Shown: positions 9,833 to 19,636, counted from the stretch's first letter. The stretch is 64,000 nucleotides of DNA from Lachnospiraceae bacterium (GCA_024691125.1 JAILNV010000203.1:4354-68353), one strand, 5' to 3'. The notes: a model not told the origin generated them from the sequence alone. Made by a program: numbers and translations.

Positions 9833-10426
9833 ATGGCAGTCAATAGAGTTCCTGTACTTAAGAGATGCAGATCACTCGGTCTTGAGCCGATGTATCTTGG
9901 TATCGATAAAAAGTCTAAGAGAACATTAATAAGATCTAACAGAAAGATGAGTGAATATGCTCTTCAGCTTCGTGAGAAGCAGAAGGCTAAGTTTATATAT
10001 GGTGTTCTGGAGAAGCCTTTCAGAAATTATTATGAGAGAGCAGACAGAATGAAAGGTATGACCGGTGAGAACCTGATGGTTCTTCTGGAGAGAAGGCTTG
10101 ACAATGTTATCTTCAGGATGGCATTCGCAAGAACAAGAAGAGAAGCAAGACAGATCGTAGACCATAAGCAGGTACTTGTAAACGGAAAGTGCATAAACAT
10201 TCCTTCATACCTTATTAAGGTAGGAGATGTTATAGAGATTAAGGAAAAGTGCAAAGGATCTGTAAGATATAAGGAGATACTTGAGATGGCAGGCGGTAGA
10301 CTTGTACCCGCATGGCTCGAGGTTGATCAGGAGAATCTTAAGGGAGAGATTAAATCGCTTCCCACTCGTGAAGAGATTGATGTTCCCGTAGATGAGATGC
10401 TTATCGTCGAGTTGTACTCCAAGTAA
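9833..10426 (+). CDS. rpsD: 30S ribosomal protein S4
   Basis: 197 aa with an S4 domain ([31 protein letters not shown]). Confidence 0.96.
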   Translation: MAVNRVPVLKRCRSLGLEPMYLGIDKKSKRTLIRSNRKMSEYALQLREKQKAKFIYGVLEKPFRNYYERADRMKGMTGENLMVLLERRLDNVIFRMAFARTRREARQIVDHKQVLVNGKCINIPSYLIKVGDVIEIKEKCKGSVRYKEILEMAGGRLVPAWLEVDQENLKGEIKSLPTREEIDVPVDEMLIVELYSK

Positions 10427-10467
10427 GAAGCAGACAACTTATATCCGAAAAAGGGAGGTACTTTGCA

Positions 10468-11427
10468 GTGTTTGATTTTGAAAGACCTAATATTGAGATC
10501 GCAGAGATTTCAGAAGACAACAAGTACGGCAGATTTGTGGTAGAGCCTCTGGAAAGGGGATATGGTACTACTCTCGGTAATTCATTAAGAAGGATCATGC
10601 TTTCATCACTGCCGGGTGCAGCTGTGAGTCAGATTAAGATTGAGGGCGTTCTTCATGAGTTCAGCTCCATTCCCGGAGTAAAAGAGGACGTAGCCGAAAT
10701 AATCATGAACATCAAGAGCCTTGCGATCAAGAATAACAGTACCGGAAATGAGACAAAGACTGCTATAATTGATTTCGAAGGTGAGGGTGTTGTTACTGCT
10801 GCTGATATACAGGTTGATCAGGACATAGAGATCATGAATCCCGAGCTTCCTATAGCAACATTAAATGGAGGAGCAGACTGTAAGCTTTACATTGAGCTTA
10901 CGATTACCAAGGGCCGTGGATATCAGGGAGCAGATAAGAACAAAGGAGAGGATCTTCCGATAGGAGTTATAGCGGTTGATTCCATTTATACTCCGGTTGA
11001 GCGCGTTAACCTTACTGTGGAGAATACACGTGTAGGTCAGATAACTGACTATGATAAGCTTACACTGGATGTGTTTACAAACGGTACACTTGGACCTGAT
11101 GAGGCTGTAAGTCTTGCAGCCAAGGTATTAAGTGAGCATCTGTCACTGTTCATAGACCTTTCGCAGGTTGCTGTTGAAGCTGATGTAATGGCTGACAAGG
11201 AAACTGACAGCAAGGACAAGGTTCTCGATATGAATATCGATGAGCTTGAATTATCTGTCCGTTCATACAACTGCCTTAAGAGAGCAGGTATAAATACAGT
11301 AGGAGAGCTTACCAATAAGACCAGCGAAGATATGATGAAGGTTCGTAACCTCGGACGTAAGTCTTTGGAGGAAGTACTAGCCAAGCTTAAAGAGCTGGGT
11401 CTTCAGCTTAACGTTGGTGATGAGTAA
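10468..11427 (+). CDS. rpoA: DNA-directed RNA polymerase alpha subunit
   Basis: GTG start. The NTD block is [30 protein letters not shown] and the CTD block is [22 protein letters not shown]. Confidence 0.97.
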   Translation: MFDFERPNIEIAEISEDNKYGRFVVEPLERGYGTTLGNSLRRIMLSSLPGAAVSQIKIEGVLHEFSSIPGVKEDVAEIIMNIKSLAIKNNSTGNETKTAIIDFEGEGVVTAADIQVDQDIEIMNPELPIATLNGGADCKLYIELTITKGRGYQGADKNKGEDLPIGVIAVDSIYTPVERVNLTVENTRVGQITDYDKLTLDVFTNGTLGPDEAVSLAAKVLSEHLSLFIDLSQVAVEADVMADKETDSKDKVLDMNIDELELSVRSYNCLKRAGINTVGELTNKTSEDMMKVRNLGRKSLEEVLAKLKELGLQLNVGDE

Positions 11428-11546
11428 TAGGGCTCTGTTAATAAATCCAAAGGGTGTAACAGGGTATGTAACAGTAAACGTGTCATAACAGACACAGTTA
11501 TTCGGCAGTAAGACCAAAGGGCGTGTCGGACAGGAGGATATTAGTA

Positions 11547-12083
11547 ATGGCTAAATACAGAAAGCTTTCAAGAACATCGAGCCAGAGAAAGGCTCTTCTC
11601 AGGAACCAGGTAACCAATCTTATTTATCATGGAAGGATCCGTACTACTGAAGCTAAGGCTAAGGAAGTACAGAAAATCGCAGAGAGTATTATAGCTCTTG
11701 CAATTAAGGAAAGAGATAATTACGAGACAGTTACCGTTCAGGCTAAGGTTCCCCTTAAAGATAAGGATGGAAAGAGAATAAAAGAAGTTGTTGACGGTAA
11801 GAAGGTTACAAAGTTCGATACAGTTGACAAAGAGATAAAGAAGGACAAGCCTTCAAGACTTCATGCAAGAAGACAGATGTTAAAGGTACTGTATCCTGTA
11901 ACAGAGGTTCCTTCAGAGAATGCAGGTAAGAAGAGAAACACAAAGAAGGTCGATCTGGTTGCCAAGCTTTTTGATGAGATTGCTCCTAAGTATGAGAACC
12001 GCAAGGGTGGTTATACAAGGATCATAAAGATAGGTGAGCGTAAGGGCGACGCAGCTATGGAAGTGGTTCTTGAGCTTGTATAA
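11547..12083 (+). CDS. rplQ: 50S ribosomal protein L17 with a Lys-rich internal insertion of about 48 aa
   Basis: ATG after an AGGAGG RBS. MAKYRKLSRTSSQRKALLRN ... GGYTRIIKIGERKGDAAMEVVLELV matches the L17 ends. At 178 aa it is longer than the roughly 115-130 aa of model L17 proteins. Confidence 0.93.
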   Translation: MAKYRKLSRTSSQRKALLRNQVTNLIYHGRIRTTEAKAKEVQKIAESIIALAIKERDNYETVTVQAKVPLKDKDGKRIKEVVDGKKVTKFDTVDKEIKKDKPSRLHARRQMLKVLYPVTEVPSENAGKKRNTKKVDLVAKLFDEIAPKYENRKGGYTRIIKIGERKGDAAMEVVLELV

Positions 12084-12123
12084 TTAAGAAGAGAAATCAT
12101 TTAAAGTAACTTGAATTATGATT

Positions 12124-12159
12124 GCCGCGGGCTGTATGCTTGCGGCTTTCAATTTTATT
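12124..12159 (+). terminator. Rho-independent terminator after rplQ
   Basis: Stem GCCGCGGGC / GCTTGCGGC (9 bp including 2 G-U pairs), loop TGTAT, followed by TTTCAATTTTATT. Confidence 0.55.
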
Positions 12160-12290
12160 GAGACTGTAGTAATATAACTTGTATAAAACTTTCGGAGCAG
12201 TGTATTAAATGAACAGAACTGTCATTTGTTGAATATATGTGCTGTTCTGAATCGTTTTCCCAACATATTTAATGACAGAGGATTCTATAA

Positions 12291-13151
12291 TTGAGCCTGA
12301 TAAATGCGGAAAATGTTACATTTGAATACATAAGGCGCGATAAGGACGGAGCCGTTGAGGGCATCAACAGGGCGGTTGATGAGGTGAGTATTACCTTGGA
12401 AAAGGGTGATTTTATTGCAATACTCGGTCATAACGGTTCCGGAAAGAGTACGCTGGCCAAACATTTTAATGCATTATTGCATCCTTTAGAAGGTACAGTG
12501 TATGTGAATGGATATGATACACGAGATGAAGGCCACCTTTGGGATATCAGACAGACTGTCGGAATGGTATTTCAGAATCCCGATAATCAGATCATCGGTA
12601 CAGTGGTAGAGGAAGATGTTGCTTTCGGCCCGGAAAATATGGGGATTAAGAGCAGGGAGATATGGGAACGCGTTGTACGAAGCCTTAAGAGTGTGGATAT
12701 GTATGAATTCAGGAAGGATTCGCCTCAAAGATTAAGCGGAGGACAGAAACAGCGGGTGGCTATAGCCGGAGTTCTTGCCATGCAGCCCCAATGCATAGTT
12801 CTTGATGAACCTACTGCAATGCTGGATCCGCAGGGACGAAGAGAGATTATTGATGCCGTTACAGAGCTTAACAGAAAAGAAGGGATCACTGTCATTCTTA
12901 TTACACATTATATGGAAGAGGTTCTGAATGCAAATAAAGTCTTTGTTATGGATAAAGGCAGAATAGTAATGCAAGGTACTCCGCGACAGATATTTAAGCA
13001 TGCAGACGAACTTAAGGAAATAGGACTGACAGTACCATCTGCTGCTTTGTTTGCAGGGGAGTTAAGAAAAAGAGGGATAGAAATCCCTGATGGTATATTG
13101 ACCACAGAGGAATTGGTGAAGGAAATATGTCGATCATTGCGGATCATTTGA
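12291..13151 (+). CDS. ecfA1: ECF transporter ATPase component EcfA1
   Basis: ABC ATPase with Walker A GHNGSGKST, signature LSGGQKQRVAIAG and Walker B IVLDEPT. It sits in the conserved rplQ-ecfA-ecfA'-ecfT-truA block. The start is TTG. Confidence 0.9.
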   Translation: MSLINAENVTFEYIRRDKDGAVEGINRAVDEVSITLEKGDFIAILGHNGSGKSTLAKHFNALLHPLEGTVYVNGYDTRDEGHLWDIRQTVGMVFQNPDNQIIGTVVEEDVAFGPENMGIKSREIWERVVRSLKSVDMYEFRKDSPQRLSGGQKQRVAIAGVLAMQPQCIVLDEPTAMLDPQGRREIIDAVTELNRKEGITVILITHYMEEVLNANKVFVMDKGRIVMQGTPRQIFKHADELKEIGLTVPSAALFAGELRKRGIEIPDGILTTEELVKEICRSLRII

Positions 13152-13984
13152 CTTATACATATAATAGAGGAACTGCTTACGAGAAAAAAGCGGTTAATGA
13201 TGTATCCTTTAGCATTAAAGATGGTGAATATGTAGCGCTTATAGGTCATACAGGTTCAGGAAAATCCACATTGATACAGCTGCTGAACGGGCTATTAAGA
13301 CCTCTGTCCGGTACTGTGTATGTAAATGGGGAGGATATATTTGAAAAAGATTACGATCTGCATGCATTAAGGGGTAAGGTAGGTATTGTATTTCAGTATC
13401 CGGAATACCAGCTGTTCGAGGAGGATGTATTTACTGACGTATGCTTTGGACCGAAGAATCTTGGGCTGGACCGTCAGGAAACAGAACTCAGGGCATATGA
13501 AGCCCTTAAGATGGTTGAACTTCCGGATGAGGCTTTTTTTCAGTCTCCGTTCGATCTGTCGGGTGGAGAGAAAAGAAGAGCTGCCATTGCAGGCGTATTG
13601 GCTATGAAGCCGGAGGTACTTATATTGGATGAGCCTGTTGCAGGGTTGGACCCCGCAGGAAGAGAATGGATTTTCAGGCTCTTATCAAAGCTGAGAAAAG
13701 AAAGATCTACAACAGTTATTCTGGTTTCACACAGTATGGATGACATTGCCGAGCATGCGGAACGGATACTGGTAGTGAATGATGGAAGCATAGTTATGGA
13801 TGGTGCGCCTGCAGAGGTGTTTTCATATAATAAAGAACTCATGGAAATGGGACTTGATATACCTCAGGTAAGCAAAGTACTCTATATGCTTAAGGAAAAC
13901 GGTATTAATGTAAATACGGATATTGTTACATTTAAGCAGGCGATAGCTGAAGTTGCGGGACTTTTTGAAAAAGCCCGTTATTGA
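13127..13984 (+). CDS. ecfA2: ECF transporter ATPase component EcfA2
   Basis: Second ABC ATPase (GHTGSGKST, LSGGEKRRAAIAG, LILDEPV), overlapping ecfA1 by 25 nt. Confidence 0.9.
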   Translation: MSIIADHLTYTYNRGTAYEKKAVNDVSFSIKDGEYVALIGHTGSGKSTLIQLLNGLLRPLSGTVYVNGEDIFEKDYDLHALRGKVGIVFQYPEYQLFEEDVFTDVCFGPKNLGLDRQETELRAYEALKMVELPDEAFFQSPFDLSGGEKRRAAIAGVLAMKPEVLILDEPVAGLDPAGREWIFRLLSKLRKERSTTVILVSHSMDDIAEHAERILVVNDGSIVMDGAPAEVFSYNKELMEMGLDIPQVSKVLYMLKENGINVNTDIVTFKQAIAEVAGLFEKARY

Positions 13985-14001
13985 TCCTGGGAATCTGACA
14001 G

Positions 14002-14802
14002 ATGTTTAGAGATATTACTTTGGGACAGTATTATCCCGCTGATTCGTACATCCACAGGCTGGATCCACGTACGAAAATAACAGTAACCTTTCTATATATG
14101 ATCTCCATATTTCTGATAAGAGATATATGGGGATATTTGGTTGCTTTCATATTCCTGGCTTTCATGATCAGGATATCCCATGTTCCGGTAAAATTTATGG
14201 TACGGGGACTTAAGGGAATATTTATTATACTGATTTTTACTGCGATATTTAATGTTTTCTTTACACCCGGTGAGGTATTATTCTCGATATGGAAGTTAAG
14301 TATTACAAGAGAAGGCATCAGAGTGGCAGTAAGGATGGTTATCCGGCTTGTTTTTCTGGTCATGGGTTCTTCGATCATGACGCTTACCACTACACCGAAT
14401 AATCTTACAGATGGTCTTGAGAAGATATTCAGGCCACTGAAAAGGTTTAAACTGCCAGTTCATGAAATTGCCATGATGATGTCGATTGCTCTGGGTTTCA
14501 TACCCATATTGGTTGAGGAGCTTGATAAGATTATGAAAGCGCAGAGTGCAAGAGGGGCTGATTTTGAGAACGGAAGACTTTCCGTTAGGATAAAGACGAT
14601 GATTCCTGTGCTGGTTCCGCTGTTTGTTTCAGCTTTCAGACATGCGGGAGATCTGGCAACAGCGATGGAAGCAAGGTGTTATCATGGAGGGGACGGACGT
14701 ACCAGAATGAAGCCCTTAAGATATGGCAAACAGGACTATGCAGCGTATACTGTGGCTGTCCTGTATCTCGTTCTTGTGATCGGTATAGCTGTTATGCTGT
14801 AG
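14002..14802 (+). CDS. ecfT: ECF transporter transmembrane component EcfT
   Basis: Polytopic 266-aa protein with the EcfT/CbiQ-type motif (AQSARGADFENG ... AMEARCY). Confidence 0.88.
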   Translation: MFRDITLGQYYPADSYIHRLDPRTKITVTFLYMISIFLIRDIWGYLVAFIFLAFMIRISHVPVKFMVRGLKGIFIILIFTAIFNVFFTPGEVLFSIWKLSITREGIRVAVRMVIRLVFLVMGSSIMTLTTTPNNLTDGLEKIFRPLKRFKLPVHEIAMMMSIALGFIPILVEELDKIMKAQSARGADFENGRLSVRIKTMIPVLVPLFVSAFRHAGDLATAMEARCYHGGDGRTRMKPLRYGKQDYAAYTVAVLYLVLVIGIAVML

Positions 14803-14948
14803 CAATTTACAAGCTTGACGCCCTATATTTTAAATTTATCTGCTGTTCTGAATAGTTACTATCATATTTTGATAAACTGAGTTATAATACATCTTATGAG
14901 CATTGTTCCTTCCGGATGCCGTAAGATAGCTGGCGGATTTTGGTGTAT

Positions 14949-15707
14949 ATGAAAAGGATAATGCTTACAATAGCATATGACGGTACTGCCTATAAAGGCT
15001 GGCAGATACAGCCGGGCGAACCCACGATAGAAGGGGTTCTGAATTCGGAGCTGTCACGATTTCTGCATGAAGATATCAGAGTGATCGGTGCCAGCAGGAC
15101 AGACGCAGGTGTACATGCAAGAGGAGCGATTGCTGTTTTTGATACGGAATCCTCAATACCGGGAGATAAATTTTCATTTGCAATAAATAAAGGCCTGCCT
15201 GATGATATAAGGATAATAAGCTCTGTTCAGGTGAGGGATGATTTCCATCCTAGAAAAGTACCCTGCCGCAAGACATATGAATACAGGATATATAATGATA
15301 CCTTTCCCATGCCTACCAGAAGGCTGTATACTTATCATGTGTACGGTAAGCTTGATGAGAAGCTGATGGATCTGGCCGGTAAGCATCTTATCGGAGAACA
15401 TGATTTTACCGCATTTTCAAGTGTGGGAGGTCAGGCTCTCACAACGGTCAGAACCATATTTGATATTTCGGTAATCCGGGAGGACAGGGAAGTAATCATA
15501 TCTGTAACGGGTAACGGATTCCTGTATAATATGGTAAGGATAATCACCGGAACGCTTATAGAGGTGGGACAGGGAAAAACAGAGCCGGATGAAATCATAA
15601 GGATACTTGAAGAAAAGGACAGAAGTCTCGCAGGTCAGACAGCACCTGCATGTGGACTTTGCCTTGCAGGATATACATTTGATGATGATATGATCGCTGC
15701 AGGTTGA
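14949..15707 (+). CDS. truA: tRNA pseudouridine(38-40) synthase TruA
   Basis: Matches TruA blocks: MLTIAYDGTAYKGWQIQPG ... ASRTDAGVHARG ... HDFTAFSS ... FLYNMVRIITGTL. The choice of start between 14940 (TTG) and 14949 (ATG) is uncertain. Confidence 0.92.
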   Translation: MKRIMLTIAYDGTAYKGWQIQPGEPTIEGVLNSELSRFLHEDIRVIGASRTDAGVHARGAIAVFDTESSIPGDKFSFAINKGLPDDIRIISSVQVRDDFHPRKVPCRKTYEYRIYNDTFPMPTRRLYTYHVYGKLDEKLMDLAGKHLIGEHDFTAFSSVGGQALTTVRTIFDISVIREDREVIISVTGNGFLYNMVRIITGTLIEVGQGKTEPDEIIRILEEKDRSLAGQTAPACGLCLAGYTFDDDMIAAG

Positions 15708-15768
15708 CCTGTATTATGTGGGATCAGGACTGCAGGTTGGGACGCAAGTCAGTAAAGAGGAGATTGTC

Positions 15769-16206
15769 ATGGAGAATTCTTTTTTTGATGAGGATGTCAG
15801 CGAGAGCGGAGGCTATCAGCCGATATATCACGGCGCTCCCGTTGCCGAGGACAAAAGAAGAGAGGAAAAGATTGAATCCAAGGCAGGCATGGTTATACTT
15901 ACCGGAAAGGATCTGACGGATAAGAAAAGGGACAGAATGGCGATATATGCCTTGATCATAAGCTTTCTGGGAATATTCTGCGTTCTGTTTACCAACGGTT
16001 TTCTTGTAAGCATGCTGGGTCTGCTTCTTGCAGCCAGAGCATTCAACACAGGGACCATAAGGCGGAAAACTGCCACTGCAGCAGTAATATGCAGTGTCAC
16101 GGCAATCGTTATGTATATAATATGTGTTGCGGCCAGGCCGTTCCTGCAGGATATGGATTGGTATGTGAGTTTTATGAACAATGTCGGAAAATACTGGCCA
16201 TTATAA
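15769..16206 (+). CDS. Small membrane protein, function unknown
   Basis: ATG after an AAGAGGAG RBS. The product has an acidic N-terminal region followed by 3 hydrophobic helices. I recognise no family. Confidence 0.55.
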   Translation: MENSFFDEDVSESGGYQPIYHGAPVAEDKRREEKIESKAGMVILTGKDLTDKKRDRMAIYALIISFLGIFCVLFTNGFLVSMLGLLLAARAFNTGTIRRKTATAAVICSVTAIVMYIICVAARPFLQDMDWYVSFMNNVGKYWPL

Positions 16207-16241
16207 TTAATATGCCGGAGTGTAAAGAAAGGAATTTGTGT

Positions 16242-18275
16242 ATGCTGTCAAAAGAAAGAATCGGAGAATTAATAGCTGAACTTACACTTGATGAGAAATT
16301 ATCCATGATACATGGGAATGGAATGTTTGAAACGGCAGGAGTGGAGAGATTAAATATCCCGCCGCTTATTTTTTCGGATGGTCCGATGGGAGTCCGTCTG
16401 GAGTTCGAAAAAGACAGCTGGGAAAAGAAGGGCCTGTCGGATGATTATGTAACATATCTTCCCTGCAACAGTGCGCTCGCTGCAACTTTCAACCGTGACC
16501 TTGCATATGAGACCGGAAGCGTGCTCGGGGAGGAAGCAAGAGGACGAAGAAAAGATGTGATACTCGGACCGGGCGTGAATATTAAACGTTCACCTCTGTG
16601 TGGGCGTAACTTTGAATATTTCAGCGAGGATCCTTATCTTACCAAAGAACTTGCCGTTGAATATGTAAAGGGAGTACAGCAGTGGGATGTTTCCGCCTGT
16701 GTTAAGCATTTCCTTGCAAATAATCAGGAAACAGCCAGACTTGAAGTTGATACCATAGTTGACGAAGAGGTTCTTAAGGAAATATATATGCCTGCCTTCC
16801 ATGATGTTCTTACACGCGGCGGCTGCTATTCACTAATGGGCTCATACAACAGGATAAACGGAAAATTCGGATCGCAGCATACGCATTATCTTAGTGATGT
16901 TGTAAGAGACGAGTGGGGATACGACGGTCTTATAGTTTCGGACTGGGGAGCTATCCATGATACTGTTGAGGCGGCTGAATCCGGCCTTGATGTAGAAATG
17001 TCTGTAACCCCGGATTATGATAATTATTATCTGGCTTCACCTCTTAAGAAGCTGGTGGAAGAAGGAAAAATAAGTGAAGAACTTATAAATAAGAAGATAG
17101 AGCATATTCTCACTCTTATGAACCGTCTTAATATGCTGGACGGTGAGAGAAAACCAGGCGCATACAATACGGAAGAACACAGGGCAAAAGCACTTAAGGT
17201 CGCAGAGGAATCTGTTGTCCTCCTGAAGAATGATAAAGATATTCTGCCTCTTGATAAGAAGATGAAGAAGCTTCTGGTCATAGGTGAGAATGCAGAGAAG
17301 CTGCATGCTTTGGGCGGAGGAAGTGCCGAACTTAAGTCACTTTATGAGATATCGCCTCTTATGGGCATCAAGAAGCTGCTCGGGGGCAATACAAAGGTAG
17401 AATATGCAAAAGGATATTCCTGTGATATATATAGAGGAGATGAGGATGAAAAGTGGCAGGAAAGAAGCCTTGATCTGAATTATGTACGTGTAAAAAGCAG
17501 TGAAGAAGCCGATGAGAAGATGAAGGAGCTTAGAAAGAAGCTGAGAGAAGAAGCGCTTGCAATGGCCAAGGAATATGAGAATATAATCTTTGTGGGCGGT
17601 TCCGATCATGTGCCCGGACATGACAGCGAAGGAGATGACAGGTTAGATATAAAGCTTCCTTATGAGCAGGATATACTTATAAAAGAACTTCTGAAGATCC
17701 GTCCTGACATGGTTATAGTATTGACAGCCGGAAGTGTTGTTGATATGCGTGAGTGGATTGATGATACACATGCCGTTTTATGGGGGTGGTATGGAGGAAT
17801 GGAAGGAGGAACAGCGATAGCAGAGGCGCTGTTTGGCGATGTGAACCCTTCCGGAAGACTTCCCGAGACATTCTACCATGATCTGTCCGAATGCTCGGCA
17901 CACGCCATCGGAGAGTACGGAAAAAAGGATAGTGTGGAGTATAAGGATGGAATCTATGTAGGATACAGATATACCGATAAGAACGGCGTTACTCCTCAGT
18001 TCCCGTTTGGTTACGGACTTTCATATACTACCTTTGAATGTAGCAATTCCGAGGTCAACGAGGAAGTTTCCACTGTTACATGTGAAGTGGTAAATACAGG
18101 AAGCAGGGCGGGCAAGGTATCCGTTCTTGCATATATGAAAGATAAAGAGGATGAACCGGTAAAGGTACTCGCAGGATTCGAAAAGATATACCTTGAGCCC
18201 GGAGAGAAGAAGACAGTAACCGTGAATGTAACAGACGGAGTGGTAAAAGGAAGAGAATATTTCGCGGTTGTGTAA
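16242..18275 (+). CDS. Glycoside hydrolase family 3 beta-glucosidase
   Basis: GH3 blocks are present: LTLDEKLSMIHG, GPGVNIKRSPLCGRNFEYFSEDPYL, GLIVSDWGA (nucleophile Asp), and the C-terminal FPFGYGLSYTTFE. No signal peptide. The start is taken at MLSKERIG after an AAAGGAA RBS. Confidence 0.9.
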   Translation: MLSKERIGELIAELTLDEKLSMIHGNGMFETAGVERLNIPPLIFSDGPMGVRLEFEKDSWEKKGLSDDYVTYLPCNSALAATFNRDLAYETGSVLGEEARGRRKDVILGPGVNIKRSPLCGRNFEYFSEDPYLTKELAVEYVKGVQQWDVSACVKHFLANNQETARLEVDTIVDEEVLKEIYMPAFHDVLTRGGCYSLMGSYNRINGKFGSQHTHYLSDVVRDEWGYDGLIVSDWGAIHDTVEAAESGLDVEMSVTPDYDNYYLASPLKKLVEEGKISEELINKKIEHILTLMNRLNMLDGERKPGAYNTEEHRAKALKVAEESVVLLKNDKDILPLDKKMKKLLVIGENAEKLHALGGGSAELKSLYEISPLMGIKKLLGGNTKVEYAKGYSCDIYRGDEDEKWQERSLDLNYVRVKSSEEADEKMKELRKKLREEALAMAKEYENIIFVGGSDHVPGHDSEGDDRLDIKLPYEQDILIKELLKIRPDMVIVLTAGSVVDMREWIDDTHAVLWGWYGGMEGGTAIAEALFGDVNPSGRLPETFYHDLSECSAHAIGEYGKKDSVEYKDGIYVGYRYTDKNGVTPQFPFGYGLSYTTFECSNSEVNEEVSTVTCEVVNTGSRAGKVSVLAYMKDKEDEPVKVLAGFEKIYLEPGEKKTVTVNVTDGVVKGREYFAVV

Positions 18276-18282
18276 AAATTCA

Positions 18283-18311
18283 TTGACACACATGGATGTG
18301 TGTAATATAAT
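18283..18311 (+). promoter_or_regulatory. Consensus sigma-A promoter for rplM-rpsI
   Basis: TTGACA (18283-18288), a 17-nt spacer, and TATAAT (18306-18311). Confidence 0.75.
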
Positions 18312-18482
18312 GTTTAGGCGTGACAACGGGCAGACTGTGCCATAGCCCCGGTACTTAAGCCTTTTGAACGCAAAGCAGTTCTCCCATGATTTGGGAGCAG
18401 ATATGAATGTGTCATTTCCCAACACAGGCATTCTGAAGAAGCTGCACACACAGTTTTGTATAGTTCTTATGGAGGAAAACAA
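18312..18482 (+). promoter_or_regulatory. 5' leader of about 165 nt for rplM (candidate L13 autoregulatory leader)
   Basis: This is a long untranslated leader between a consensus promoter and the rplM RBS. Firmicutes are known to carry an L13 leader in this position. I could not verify the structure by eye. Confidence 0.4.
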
Positions 18483-18911
18483 ATGAAAACATTTATGCCC
18501 AGCGAGGCTGCCATTGAGAGAAAATGGTATGTCGTTGACGCTACAGGATATACATTAGGACGTTTGTCTTCTGAGGTTGCCAAGATGCTTAGAGGAAAGA
18601 ATAAGCCCATCTTCACACCTCATGCAGACACCGGTGATTATGTGATAATAACAAATGCGGACAAGATTACTGTAACAGGTAAGAAGCTTGACCAGAAGGT
18701 ATACTACCGTCATTCGGAATATGTAGGCGGCATGAAGCAGCAGACACTTAAGGAGAAGCTTGCAAAGGCTCCGACAGAGGTTCTGGAGAAGGCTGTAAGA
18801 GGAATGCTTCCCAAGGGTCCCCTCGGAAATAAGATGTACAAGAAGTTATTCGTATACGCAGGTGCTGAGCATCCGCATGCGGCTCAGAAGCCTGAAGAGA
18901 TCAAGTTCTAA
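18483..18911 (+). CDS. rplM: 50S ribosomal protein L13
   Basis: ATG after a [52 protein letters not shown] is canonical for L13. Confidence 0.96.
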   Translation: MKTFMPSEAAIERKWYVVDATGYTLGRLSSEVAKMLRGKNKPIFTPHADTGDYVIITNADKITVTGKKLDQKVYYRHSEYVGGMKQQTLKEKLAKAPTEVLEKAVRGMLPKGPLGNKMYKKLFVYAGAEHPHAAQKPEEIKF

Positions 18912-18938
18912 GAGAGGGATTGAAAGGAGGATATTAAA

Positions 18939-19337
18939 GTGGCTAAAGCAGCAGAAAGGTTCTACGGAACAGGAAGAAGAAAAAAAGCTATCGCAAGAGT
19001 ATACATTATGCCCGGCAAGGGTAATATAACAATAAACAAGAGACCCATAGACGAATATCTTGGTTTTGAGACACTTAAGACCATCGTACGTCAGCCTCTT
19101 GTTGCAACAGACAATGTGGATAAGTTCGATGTACTGGTTAACGTACATGGCGGCGGATACACAGGACAGGCAGGTGCAATAAGACACGGTATCGCAAGAG
19201 CATTGGTTAAGGCTGATGCAGAATACCGTCCGACACTCAAGTCAGCCGGATTCTTAACCCGTGATCCTCGTATGAAGGAGAGGAAGAAATACGGTCTCAA
19301 AGGCGCCCGTAGAGCACCACAGTTTTCAAAGCGTTAA
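18939..19337 (+). CDS. rpsI: 30S ribosomal protein S9
   Basis: GTG start after AAAGGAGG. The product ends in the canonical ...[16 protein letters not shown]. Confidence 0.96.
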   Translation: MAKAAERFYGTGRRKKAIARVYIMPGKGNITINKRPIDEYLGFETLKTIVRQPLVATDNVDKFDVLVNVHGGGYTGQAGAIRHGIARALVKADAEYRPTLKSAGFLTRDPRMKERKKYGLKGARRAPQFSKR

Positions 19338-19365
19338 GCATTATCTGCGGAAATGGAAATATACA

Positions 19366-19408
19366 AAACACTCGAAGCAAGCTTGCTTGCATTCGAGTGT
19401 TTTTTTAT
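19366..19408. terminator. Bidirectional rho-independent terminator (for rpsI on the plus strand and the GG-peptide transcript on the minus strand)
   Basis: AAACACTCGAA ... TTCGAGTGTTT stem, followed by TTTTTTATTT on the plus strand and TTTTGTATATTT on the minus strand. Confidence 0.8.
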
Positions 19409-19413
19409 TTGCA

Positions 19414-19620
19414 ATTCCATAGGAATCTACGGATGACCGAGATGAAGCGTAGCGGAGTCGAGGTTATTCGTAGATTTCCGCAGATAATTATAAAACAAGA
19501 GACGAACGAAAAAATCCGAAGGATTTATGAGTTCGTCTCTTGTTTTTGCAGGAATCCTTACCTTGATATAGCAAGAAGCGGATTGCGAATTATCTCTTGT
19601 CTTTGCAGTAATCCTTATCT
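19414..19620. repeat. Cluster of hairpins and direct repeats in the rpsI / GG-peptide intergenic region
   Basis: Hairpin 19422-19478: a 15-bp stem including 2 G-U pairs, with a loop containing GCGTAGCGGAGTCGAG. Two-tier hairpin 19492-19546: perfect 16-bp arms AAAACAAGAGACGAAC/GTTCGTCTCTTGTTTT with an inner AAATCC-GAA-GGATTT. Two 27-nt direct repeats, TCTCTTGT(T/C)TTTGCAG(G/T)AATCCTTA(C/T)C, at 19537-19563 and 19593-19619. Confidence 0.7.
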
Positions 19621-19636
19621 CACCCCTTTATCCTAC

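Noticed and set aside
12240-12256. Shared 13-mer TGCTGTTCTGAAT upstream of ecfA1 (12240-12252) and truA (14841-14853), with a partial inverted copy TTCAGAACAG at 36324-36333. Considered as a common operator.
   Set aside because: By a rough estimate, tens of exact 13-mer coincidences are expected by chance within 64 kb, and the third copy matches only 10 nt. The motif has no palindromic structure and no consistent spacing to promoter elements. The evidence is insufficient.
16089-16241. The upstream extension of the GH3 ORF (track start 16089), and ORF 15704-15916, which overlaps the truA end and the small membrane protein gene.
   Set aside because: The extension overlaps the preceding membrane-protein gene in another frame and lacks an RBS, whereas the ATG at 16242 has one and matches the usual GH3 N-terminus. 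ORF 15704-15916 has no RBS and is out of frame with the better-supported ORF starting at 15769.
19537-19619. Two 27-nt direct repeats with a 29-nt spacer, considered as a mini-CRISPR array.
   Set aside because: There are only two copies with 3 mismatches, and the first is part of a 16-bp inverted repeat. No further units, no leader and no cas genes are present in the window. It was classified as a generic repeat element.
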